A stretch of 64,000 nucleotides of DNA from Bugula neritina (lineage: Eukaryota; Animalia; Bryozoa). The notes beneath the pieces were generated by a model, which searched no databases, was not told the origin of the DNA, and worked only from the letters and a program-made list of their open reading frames with translations. The DNA is taken from NCBI GenBank assembly GCA_964035545.1, contig CAXIUT010000230.1, positions 186,001 to 250,000 on the forward strand, read 5' to 3'. Below are positions 48,231 to 62,600 of the stretch, one piece after another. Within the stretch, counting starts at the first letter, position 1. Each line of letters starts with the position of its first letter. The position numbers and the translations under genes are program-made.

Positions 48231-51200
48231 AACTCGCTGAAACATACTGTAACTCACTGAAATATAGTGTAATATACGGAAATGTACTGTAAAATACTGG
48301 AATATAATGTAACACACTGAAATATACAGCAACATACTGAAGTACACTGTAACATACTGAAATAAACTGCAACATCCTGCAACATACTGAATTACACTGT
48401 AACATACTGAAATACACCGCAACATCCTACAAGATACTGAAATACACTGTAACGTATTGAAGTACACTGCAACACATTGAAGTATTCTGCAACACACTTA
48501 AACATACGGCAACATACTGAAATATACTTCGGCACATTGCAATATACTGCAGCATACTGAAATATGCTGTAGCCTACTGAAATACACTGCATTATACCGA
48601 AATACACTGCTACATACTGAAATATACTGCAACATACTGAAATATACTGCCACACATTGCAATATACTGTAACATACTGAAATATCCTGTAGCACACTGA
48701 AATACACTGCAACTCACTAAAATATACTGCAACATACTGAAATACACTGTAACATATTGAAATATACTGCAACATACTGAAATACAGTGCTACATACTGA
48801 AATATACTGCAACATACTGCAACATACTGAAATACACTGTAACATACTGAAATACACTGCAACATACTACAACATATTGAAAGACACTGCAACACATTGA
48901 AATATGCTGCAACATACCTAAATATACGGTAATATACCAAAATAAACTGTTACACATTGAAAAATACTGCAACATACTGAAATACACTGCAACACACTGA
49001 AAAACACTGCAGAATACTGTAACACACTGAAATATACTGCAAAATACTGAAATACACTGCTACATACCTAAATATACTGCAACACACTGCAACATACTGC
49101 AACATACTAAAATATACTGCAACATACTGAAATACACTGCAAAATACTGAAATACACTGTAACATACTGAAATATACTGCAACATACTGAAGTACACTCC
49201 TACATACTGAAATATACTGCAACTCACCGCAACATACTGCAACATACTAAAATACACTGTAACATATTGAAATACACTGCAACACATTGAAATATACTGC
49301 AAAATATTGAAATACACTGCTACACACTGAAGTATACTGCAACACACGGCAACATACTGCAACATACTAAAATATACTGCAACATACTGAAATACACTGC
49401 AAAACACTGAAATACGCTGTAACATACTGAAATATACTGCAACATACTGAAATATACTGCTACATGCTGAAATATACTGCAACACACTGCAACATACTGC
49501 AACATACTAAAATACACTGTAACATAATGAAATACACTGCAACACATTGAAATATACTGCAAAATACTGAAATACACTGCTATATACTGAAACATACTGC
49601 AACACACTGCAACATACTGCAACATACTAAAATATACTGCAAAATACTGAAATACACAGCAAAATACTGAAATACACTGTAACATACTGAAATATACTGC
49701 AACATACTGAAATACACTGCTACATACTGAAATATACGGCAACACACTGCAACATACTGAAACATACTAAAATACACTGTAACATATTGAAATACACTGC
49801 AACACAGTGAAATATACTGCAATGTGCCGAAATATATGGTAAACTACTGAAATATACTGTCACACATTGAAAATTACTGCAACATACTGAAATGAACTGC
49901 GACACATTGCAATATACTGTAACATACCGAAATATGCTGTAGCACATTGAAATACACTGCAACTCACTGAAATACAGTGCTACATACTGAAATATACTGC
50001 AACATACTGCAACATACTGAAATACACTGTAACAAACTGAAATACACTGCAACATACTACAACATTTTGAAACACACTGCAACACATTGAAATATACTGC
50101 AACATACCTAAATATACGGTAATATACCAAAATATACTGTAACACATTGAAAAATACTGCAACATACTGAAATACACTGCAACACACTGAAGAACACTGC
50201 AAAATACTGTAACACACTGAAATATACTGCAAAATACTGAAATACACTGCTACATACTGAAATATACTGCAACACAGTGCAACATACTGCAACATACTAA
50301 AATATACTGCAACATACTGAAATACACTGCTAAATACTGAAATACACTGTAACATACTGAAATACACTGCAAAACACTACAACATTTTGAAATACACTGC
50401 AATACATTGAAATATACTGCAACATACCTAAATATACGGTAATATACTGAAATATACTGTAACACATTGAAAAATACTACAAAATACTGAAATACACTGC
50501 AACATACTACAACATACTGAAATACGCTGTAAGACATTGAAATCCACTGCAACACATTGAAATATACTGTAACTCGCTGAAACATACTGTAACTCACTGA
50601 AATATAGTGTAATATACGGAAATGTACTGTAAAATACTGGAATATAATGTAACACACTGAAATATACAGCAACATACTGAAACACACTGTAACATACTGA
50701 AATAAACTGCAATATCCTGCAACATACTGAAATACACTGTAACATACTGAAATACACCGCAACATCCTACAAGATCCTGAAATACACTGGAACGTATTGA
50801 AGTACACTGCAACACATTGAAGTATTCTGCAACACACTTAAACATACGGCAACATACTGAAATATACTTCGGCACATTGCAATATACTGCAGCATACTGA
50901 AATATGCTGTAGCCTGCTGAAATACACTGCATTATACTGAAATACACTGCTACATACTGAAATATACTGCAACATACTGAAATATACTGCGACACATTGC
51001 AATATACTGTAACATACTGAAATATGCTGTAGCACACTGAAATACACTGCAACTCACTGAAATATACTGCAACATACTGAAATACACTGTAACATATTGA
51101 AATATACTGCAACATACTGAAATACAGTGCTACATACTGAAATATACTGCAACATACTGCAACATACTGAAATACACTGTAACATACTGAAATACACTGC

Positions 51201-52020
51201 AACATACTACAACATATTGAAAGACACTGCAACACATTGAAATATGCTGCAACATACCTAAATATACGGTAATATACCAAAATAAACTGTTACACATTGA
51301 AAAATACTGCAACATACTGAAATACACTGCAACACACTGAAAAACACTGCAAAATACTGTAACACACTGAAATATACTGCAAAATACTGAAATACACTGC
51401 TACATACTTAAATATACTGCAACACACTGCAACATACTGCAACATACTAAAATATACTGCAACATACTGAAATACACTGCAAAATACTGAAATACACTGT
51501 AACATACTGAAATATACTGCAACATACTGAAGTACACTCCTACATACTGAAATATACTGCAACTCACTGCAACATACTGCAACATACTAAAATACACTGT
51601 AACATATTGAAATACACTGCAACACATTGAAATATACCACAAAATATTGAAATACACTGCTACACACTGAAATATACTGCAACACACGGCAACATACTGC
51701 AACATACTAAAATATACTGCAACATACTGAAATACACTGCAAAACACTGAAATACGCTGTAACATACTGAAATATACTGCAACATACTGAAATATACTGC
51801 TACATACTGAAATATACTGCAACACACTGCAACATACTGCAACATACTAAAATACACTGTAACATAATGAAATACACTGCAACACATTGAAATATACTGC
51901 AAAATACTGAAATACACTGCTATATACTGAAATATACTGCAACACACTGCAACATACTAAAATATACTGCAACATACTAAAATACACTGCAAAATACTGA
52001 AATACACTGTAACATACTGA

Positions 52021-55000
52021 AACATACTAAAATACACTGTAACATATTGAAATACACTGCAACACAGTGAAATATACTGCAATGTGCCGAATTGTATGGT
52101 AAACTACTGAAATATACTGTCACACATTGAAAATTACTGCAACATACTGAAATGAACTGCGACACATTGCAATATACTGTAACATACCGAAATATGCTGT
52201 AGCACATTGAAATACACTGCAACTCACTGAAATACAGTGCTACATACTGAAATATACTGCAACATACTGCAACATACTGAAATACACTGTAACAAACTGA
52301 AATACACTGCAACATACTACAACATTTTGAAACACACTGCAACACATTGAAATATACTGCAACATACCTAAATATACGGTAATATACCAAAATATACTGT
52401 AACACATTGAAAAATACTGCAACATACTGAAATACACTGCAACACACTGAAGAACACTGCAAAATACTGTAACACACTGAAATATACTGCAAAATACTGA
52501 AATACACTGCTACATACTGAAATATACTGCAACACAGTGCAACATGCTGCAACATACTAAAATATACTGCAACATACTGAAATACACTGCTAAATACTGA
52601 AATACACTGTAACATACTGAAATACACTGCAAAATACTACAACATTTTGAAATACACTGCAATACATTGAAATATACTGCAACATACCTAAATATACGGT
52701 AATATACTGAAATATACTGTAACACATTGAAAAATACTACAAAATACTGAAATACACTGCAACATACTACAACATACTGAAATACGCTGTAAGACATTGA
52801 AATCCACTGCAACACATTGAAATATACTGTAACTCGCTGAAACATACTGTAACTCACTGAAATATAGTGTAATATACGGAAATGTACTGTAAAATACTGG
52901 AATATAATGTAACACACTGAAATATACAGCAACATACTGAAATACACTGTAACATACTGAAATAAACTGCAACATCCTGCAACATACTGAAATACACTGT
53001 AACATACTGAAATACACCGAAACATCCTACAAGATCCTGAAATACACTGGAACGTATTGAAATATACTGCAACATACTGAAATACAGTGCTACATACTGA
53101 AATATACTGCAACATACTGCAACATACTGAAATACACTGTAACATACTGAAATACACTGCAACATACTACAACATATTGAAAGACACTGCAACACATTGA
53201 AATATGCTGCAACATACCTAAATATACGGTAATATACCAAAATAAACTGGTACACATTGAAAAATACTGCAACATACTAAAGCACACTGTAACATAATGA
53301 AATACACTGCAACACATTGAAATATACTGCAAAATACTGAAATACACTGCTATATACTGAAACATACTGCAACACACTGCAACATACTGCAACATACTAA
53401 AATATACTGCAACATACTGAAATACACTGCAAAATACTGAAATACACTGTAACATACTGAAATATACTGCAACATACTGAAATACACTGCTACATACTGA
53501 AATATACGGCAACACACTGCAACATACTGAAACATACTAAAATACACTGTAACATATTGAAATACACTGCAACACAGTGAAATATACTGCAATGTGCCGA
53601 AATATATGGTAAACTACTGAAATATACTGTCACACATTGAAAATTACTGCAACATACTGAAATGAACTGCGACACATTGCAATATACTGTAACATACCGA
53701 AATATGCTGTAGCACATTGAAATACACTGCAACTCACTGAAATACAGTGCTACATACTGAAATACACTGTAACATACTGAAATATACTGCAACATACTGA
53801 AATATACTGCTACATACTGAAATATACTGCAACACACTGCAACATACTGCAACATACTAAAACACACTGTAACATAATGAAATACACTGCAACACATTGA
53901 AATATACTGCAATGTGCCGAAATATATGGTAAACTACTAAAATATACTGTCACACATTGAAAATTACTGCAACATACTGAAATGAACTGCGACACATTGC
54001 AATATACTGTAACATACCGAAATATGCTGTAGCACATTGAAATACACTGCAACATACTGAAATACACTGCAAAATACTGAAATACACTGTAACATACTGA
54101 AATATACTGCAACATACTGAAATATACTGCTACATACTGAAATATACTGCAACACACTGCAACATACTGCAACATACTAAAACACACTGTAACATAATGA
54201 AATACACTGCAACACATTGAAATATACTGCAAAATACTGAAATACACTGCTATATACTGAAACATACTGCAACACACTGCAACATACTGCAACATACTAA
54301 AATATACTGCAACATACTGAAATACACTGCAAAATACTGAAATACACTGTAACATACTGAAATATACTGCAACATACTGAAATACACTGCTACATACTGA
54401 ATTACACGGCAACACACTGCAACATACTGAAACATACTAAAATACACTGTAACATATTGAAATACACTGCAACACAGTGAAATATACTGCAATGTGCCGA
54501 AATATATGGTAAACTACTGAATTATACTGTCACACATTGAAAATTACTGCAACATACTGAAATGAACTGCGACACATTGCAATATACTGTAACACACCGA
54601 AATATGCTGTAGCACATTGAAATACACTGCAACTCACTGAAATACAGTGCTACATACTGAAATATACTGCAACATACTGCAACATACTGAAATACACTGT
54701 AACAAACTGAAATACACTGCAACATACTACAACATTTTGAAACACACTGCAACACATTGAAATATACTGCAACATACCTAAATATACGGTAATATACCAA
54801 AATATACTGTAACACATTGAAAAATACTGCAACATACTGAAATACACTGCAACACACTGAAGAACACTGCAAAATACTGTAACACAATGAAATATACTGC
54901 AAAATACTGAAATACACTGCTACATACTGAAATATACTGCAACACAGTGCAACATACTGCAACATACTAAAATATACTGCAACATACTGAAATACACTGC

Positions 55001-56350
55001 TAAATACTGAAATACACTGTAACATACTGAAATACACTGCAAAATACTACAACATTTTGAAATACACTGCAATACATTGAAATATACTGCAACATACCTA
55101 AATATACGGTAATATACTGAAATATACTGTAACACATTGAAAAATACTACAAAATACTGAAATACACTGCAACATACTACAACATACTGAAATACGCTGT
55201 AAGACATTGAAATCCACTGCAACACATTGAAATATACTGTAACTCGCTGAAACATACTGTAACTCACTGAAATATAGTGTAATATACGGAAATGTACTGT
55301 AAAATACTGGAATATAAAGTAACACACTGAAATATACAGCAACATACTGAAATACACTGTAACATACTGAAATAAACTGCAACATCCTGCAACATACTGA
55401 AATACACTGTAACATACTGAAATACACCGCAACATCCTACAAGATCCTGAAATACACTGGAACGTATTGAAGTACACTGCAACATATTGAAGTATTCTGC
55501 AACACACTTAAACATACGGCAACATACTGAAATATACTTCGGCACATTGCAATATACTGCAGCATACTGAAACATGCTGTAGCCTACTGAAATACACTGC
55601 ATTATACTGAAATACACTGCTACATACTGAAATATACTGCAACATACTGAAATACACTGCAAAATACTGAAATACACTGTAACATACTGAAATATACTGC
55701 AACATACTGAAGTACACTCCTACATACTGAAATATACTGCAACTCACTGCAACATACTGCAACATACTAAAATACACTGTAACATATTGAAATACACTGC
55801 AACACATTGAAATATACTGCAAAATATTGAAATACACTGCTACACACTGAAATATACTGCAACACATGGCAACATACTGCAACATACTAAAATATACTGC
55901 AACATACTGAAATACACTGCAAAATACTGAAATACGCTGTAACATACTGAAATATACTGCAACATACTGAAATATACTGCTACATACTGAAATATACTGC
56001 AACACACTGCAACATACTGCAACATACTAAAATACACTGTAACATAATGAAATACACTGCAACACATTGAAATATACTGCAAAATACTGAAATACACTGC
56101 TATATACTGAAATATACTGCAACACACTGAAACATACTGCAACATACTAAAATATACTGCAACATACTGAAATATACTGCAACACAGTGAAATATACTGC
56201 AATGTGCCGAAATATATGGTAAACTACTGAAATATACTGTCACACATTGAAAATTACTGCAACATACTGAAATAAACTGCGACACATTGCAATATACTGT
56301 AACATACCGAAATATGCTGTAGCACATTGAAATACACTGCAACTCACTGA
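52021..56350. repeat. First copy of a segment of at least 4.3 kb repeated at +7650 bp; contains the rearranged 2410-bp unit
   Basis: Junction and variant strings aatacaccga aacatcctac (53011/60661) and aataaactgg tacacattga aaaatactgc aacatactaa agcacactgt (53241/60891). ORF-track entries are duplicated at +7650. Confidence 0.9.
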
Positions 56351-59300
56351 AATACAGTGCTACATACTGAAATATACTGCAACATACTGCAACATACTGA
56401 AATACACTGTAACAAACTGAAATACACTGCAACATACTACAACATTTTGAAACACACTGCAACACATTGAAATATACTGCAACATACCTAAATATACGGT
56501 AATATACCAAAATATACTGTAACACATTGAAAAATACTGCAACATACTAAAATACACTGCAACACACTGAAAAACACTGCAAAATACTGTAACACACTGA
56601 AATAAACTGCAAAACACTGAAATACACTGCTTCATACTGAAATACACTGCAAAATACTGAAATACACTGTAACATACTGAAATATACTGCAACATACTGA
56701 AGTACACTCCTACATACTGAAATATACTGCAACTCCCTGCAACATACTGCAACATACTAAAATACACTGTAACATATTGAAATACACTGCAACACATTGA
56801 AATATACTGCAAAATATTGAAATACACTGCTACACACTGAAATATACTGCAACACACGGCAACATACTGCAACATACTAAAATATACTGCAACATACTGA
56901 AATACACTGCAAAATACTGAAATACACTGTAACATACTGAAATATACTGCAACATACTGAAATATACTGCTACATACTGAAATATACTGCAACACACGGC
57001 AACATACTGCAACATACTAAAATATACTGCAACATACTGAAATACACTGCAAAATACTGAAATACACTGTAACATACTGAAATATACTGCAACATACTGA
57101 AATATACTGCTACATACTGAAATATACTGCAACACACTGCAACATACTGCAACATACTAAAACACACTGTAACATAATGAAATACACTGCAACACATTGA
57201 AATATACTGCAAAATACTGAAATACACTGCTATATACTGAGATATACTGCAACACACTGCAACATACTGCAACATACTAAAATATACTGCAACATACTGA
57301 AATACACTGCAAAATACTGAAATACGCTGTAACATACTGAAATATACTGCAACATACTGAAATACACTGCTACATACTGAAATATACGGCAACACACTGC
57401 AACATACTGAAACATACTAAAATACACTGTAACATATTGAAATACACTGCAACACAGTGAAATATACTGCAATGTGCCGAAATGTATGGTAAACTACTGA
57501 AATATACTGTCACACATCGAAAAATACTGCAACATACTGAAATATACTGCGACACATTGCAATATACTGTAACATACCGAAATATGCTGTAGCGCATTGA
57601 AATACACTGCAACTCGCTGAAATATACTGCAACATACTGAAATACACTGTAACATACTGAAATACAGTGCTACATACTGAAATATACTGCAACATACTGC
57701 AACATACTGAAATACACTGTAACAAACTGAAATACACTGCAACGTACTACAACATTTTGAAACACACTGCAACACATTGAAATATACTGCAACATACCTA
57801 AATATACGGGAATATACCAAAATATACTGTAACACATTGAAAAATACTGCAACATACTGAAATACACTGCAACACACTGAAAAACACTGCAAAATACTGT
57901 AACACACTGAAATATACTGCAAAACACTGAAATACACTGCTACATACTGAAATATACTGCAACACAGTGCAACATACTGCAACATACTAAAATATACTGC
58001 AACATACTGAAATACACTGCTAAATACTGAAATACACTGTAACATACTGAAATACACTGCAAAATACTACAACATTTTGAAATACACTGCAATACATTGA
58101 AATATACTGCAACATACCTAAATATACGGTAATATACTGAAATATACTGTAACACATTGAAAAATACTACAAAATACTGAAATACACTGCAACATACTAC
58201 AACATACTGAAATACGCTGTAATACATTGAAATCCACTGCAACACATTGAAATATACTGTAACTCGCTGAAACATACTGTAACTCACTGAAATATAGTGT
58301 AATATACGGAAATGTACTGTAAAATACTGGAATATAATGTAACACACTGAAATATACAGCAACATACTGAAGTACACTGTAACATACTGAAATAAACTGC
58401 AACATCCTGCAACATACTGAAATACACTGTAACATACTGAAATACACCGCAACATCCTACAAGATACTGAAATACACTGTAACGTATTGAAGTACACTGC
58501 AACACATTGAAGTATTCTGCAACACACTTAAACATACGGCAACATACTGAAATATACTTCGGCACATTGCAATATACTGCAGCATACTGAAATATGCTGT
58601 AGCCTACTGAAATACACTGCATTATACTGAAATACACTGCTACATACTGAAATATACTGCAACATACTGAAATATACTGCGACACATTGCAATATACTGT
58701 AACATACTGAAATATGCTGTAGCACACTGAAATACACTGCAACTCACTGAAATATACTGCAACATACTGAAATACACTGTAACATATTGAAATATACTGC
58801 AACATACTGAAATACAATGCTACATACTGAAATATACTGCAACATACTGCAACATACTGAAATACACTGTAACATACTGAAATACACTGCAACATACTAC
58901 AACATATTGAAAGACACTGCAACACATTGAAATATGCTGCAACATACCTAAATATACGGTAATATACCAAAATAAACTGTTACACATTGAAAAATACTGC
59001 AACATACTGAAATACACTGCAACACACTGAAAAACACTGCAAAATACTGTAACACACTTAAATATACTGCAAAATACTGAAATACACTGCTACATACTTA
59101 AATATACTGCAACACACTGCAACATACTGCAACATACTAAAATATACTGCAACATACTGAAATACACTGCAAAATACTGAAATACACTGTAACATACTGA
59201 AATATACTGCAACATACTGAAGTACACTCCTACATACTGAAATATACTGCAACTCACTGCAACATACTGCAACATACTAAAATACACTGTAACATATTGA

Positions 59301-59670
59301 AATACACTGCAACACATTGAAATATACTGCAAAATATTGAATTACACTGCTACACACTGAAATATACTGCAACACACGGCAACATACTGCAACATACTAA
59401 AATATACTGCAACATACTGAAATACACTGCAAAACACTGAAATACGCTGTAACATACTGAAATATACTGCAACATACTGAAATATACTGCTACATACTGA
59501 AATATACTGCAACACACTGCAACATACTGCAACATACTAAAATACACTGTAACATAATGAAATACACTGCAACACATTGAAATATACTGCAAAATACTGA
59601 AATACACTGCTATATACTGAAACATACTGCAACACACTGCAACATACTGCAACATACTAAAATATACTGC

Positions 59671-62600
59671 AACATACTAAAATACACTGTAACATATTGA
59701 AATACACTGCAACACAGTGAAATATACTGCAATGTGCCGAAATATATGGTAAACTACTGAAATATACTGTCACACATTGAAAATTACTGCAACATACTGA
59801 AATGAACTGCGACACATTGCAATATACTGTAACATACCGAAATATGCTGTAGCACATTGAAATACACTGCAACTCACTGAAATACAGTGCTACATACTGA
59901 AATATACTGCAACATACTGCAACATACTGAAATACACTGTAACAAACTGAAATACACTGCAACATACTACAACATTTTGAAACACACTGCAACACATTGA
60001 AATATACTGCAACATACCTAAATATACAGTAATATACCAAAATATACTGTAACACATTGAAAAATACTGCAACATACTGAAATACACTGCAACACACTGA
60101 AGAACACTGCAAAATACTGTAACACACTGAAATATACTGCAAAATACTGAAATACACTGCTACATACTGAAATATACTGCAACACAGTGCAACATACTGC
60201 AACATACTAAAATATACTGCAACATACTGAAATACACTGCTAAATACTGAAATACACTGTAACATACTGAAATACACTGCAAAATACTACAACATTTTGA
60301 AATACACTGCAATACATTGAAATATACTGCAACATACCTAAATATACGGTAATATACTGAAATATACTGTAACACATTGAAAAATACTACAAAATACTGA
60401 AATACACTGCAACATACTACAACATACTGAAATACGCTGTAAGACATTGAAATCCACTGCAACACATTGAAATATACTGTAACTCGCTGAAACATACTGT
60501 AACTCACTGAAATATAGTGTAATATACGGAAATGTACTGTAAAATACTGGAATATAATGTAACACACTGAAATATACAGCAACATACTGAAATACACTGT
60601 AACATACTGAAATAAACTGCAACATCCTGCAACATACTGAAATACACTGTAACATACTGAAATACACCGAAACATCCTACAAGATCCTGAAATACACTGG
60701 AACGTATTGAAATATACTGCAACATACTGAAATACAGTGCTACATACTGAAATATACTGCAACATACTGCAACATACTGAAATACACTGTAACATACTGA
60801 AATACACTGCAACATACTACAACATATTGAAAGACACTGCAACACATTGAAATATGCTGCAACATACCTAAATATACGGTAATATACCAAAATAAACTGG
60901 TACACATTGAAAAATACTGCAACATACTAAAGCACACTGTAACATAATGAAATACACTGCAACACATTGAAATATACTGCAAAATACTGAAATACACTGC
61001 TATATACTGAAACATACTGCAACACACTGCAACATACTGCAACATACTAAAATATACTGCAACATACTGAAATACACTGCAAAATACTGAAATACACTGT
61101 AACATACTGAAATATACTGCAACATACTGAAATACACTGCTACATACTGAAATATACGGCAACACACTGCAACATACTGAAACATACTAAAATACACTGT
61201 AACATATTGAAATACACTGCAACACAGTGAAATATACTGCAATGTGCCGAAATATATGGTAAACTACTGAAATATACTGTCACACATTGAAAATTACTGC
61301 AACATACTGAAATGAACTGCGACACATTGCAATATACTGTAACATACCGAAATATGCTGTAGCACATTGAAATACACTGCAACTCACTGAAATACAGTGC
61401 TACATACTGAAATACACTGTAACATACTGAAATATACTGCAACATACTGAAATATACTGCTACATACTGAAATATACTGCAACACACTGCAACATACTGC
61501 AACATACTAAAACACACTGTAACATAATGAAATACACTGCAACACATTGAAATATACTGCAATGTGCCGAAATATATGGTAAACTACTGAAATATACTGT
61601 CACACATTGAAAATTACTGCAACATACTGAAATGAACTGCGACACATTGCAATATACTGTAACATACCGAAATATGCTGTAGCACATTGAAATACACTGC
61701 AACATACTGAAATACACTGCAAAATACTGAAATACACTGTAACATACTGAAATATACTGCAACATACTGAAATATACTGCTACATACTGAAATATACTGC
61801 AACACACTGCAACATACTGCAACATACTAAAACACACTGTAACATAATGAAATACACTGCAACACATTGAAATATACTGCAAAATACTGAAATACACTGC
61901 TATATACTGAAACATACTGCAACACACTGCAACATACTGCAACATACTAAAATATACTGCAACATACTGAAATACACTGCAAAATACTGAAATACACTGT
62001 AACATACTGAAATATACTGCAACATACTGAAATACACTGCTACATACTGAAATATACGGCAACACACTGCAACATACTGAAACATACTAAAATACACTGT
62101 AACATATTGAAATACACTGCAACACAGTGAAATATACTGCAATGTGCCGAAATATATGGTAAACTACTGAAATATACTGTCACACATTGAAAATTACTGC
62201 AACATACTGAAATGAACTGCGACACATTGCAATATACTGTAACATACCGAAATATGCTGTAGCACATTGAAATACACTGCAACTCACTGAAATACAGTGC
62301 TACATACTGAAATATACTGCAACATACTGCAACATACTGAAATACACTGTAACAAACTGAAATACACTGCAACATACTACAACATTTTGAAACACACTGC
62401 AACACATTGAAATATACTGCAACATACCTAAATATACGGTAATATACCAAAATATACTGTAACACATTGAAAAATACTGCAACATACTGAAATACACTGC
62501 AACACACTGAAGAACACTGCAAAATACTGTAACACACTGAAATATACTGCAAAATACTGAAATACACTGCTACATACTGAAATATACTGCAACACAGTGC

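Larger units (their letters stand above)
18401..52830. repeat. Homogeneous higher-order-repeat core: 2340-bp (234-monomer) units interleaved with 1610-bp deleted units
   Basis: Landmark at 18401, 20741, 23081, 24691, 27031, 29371, 31711, 33321, 35661, 38001, 40331, 41941, 44281, 46621, 48231, 50571 and 52831. Spacings: 2340, 2340, 1610, 2340, 2340, 2340, 1610, 2340, 2340, 2330, 1610, 2340, 2340, 1610, 2340, 2260. Confidence 0.95.
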
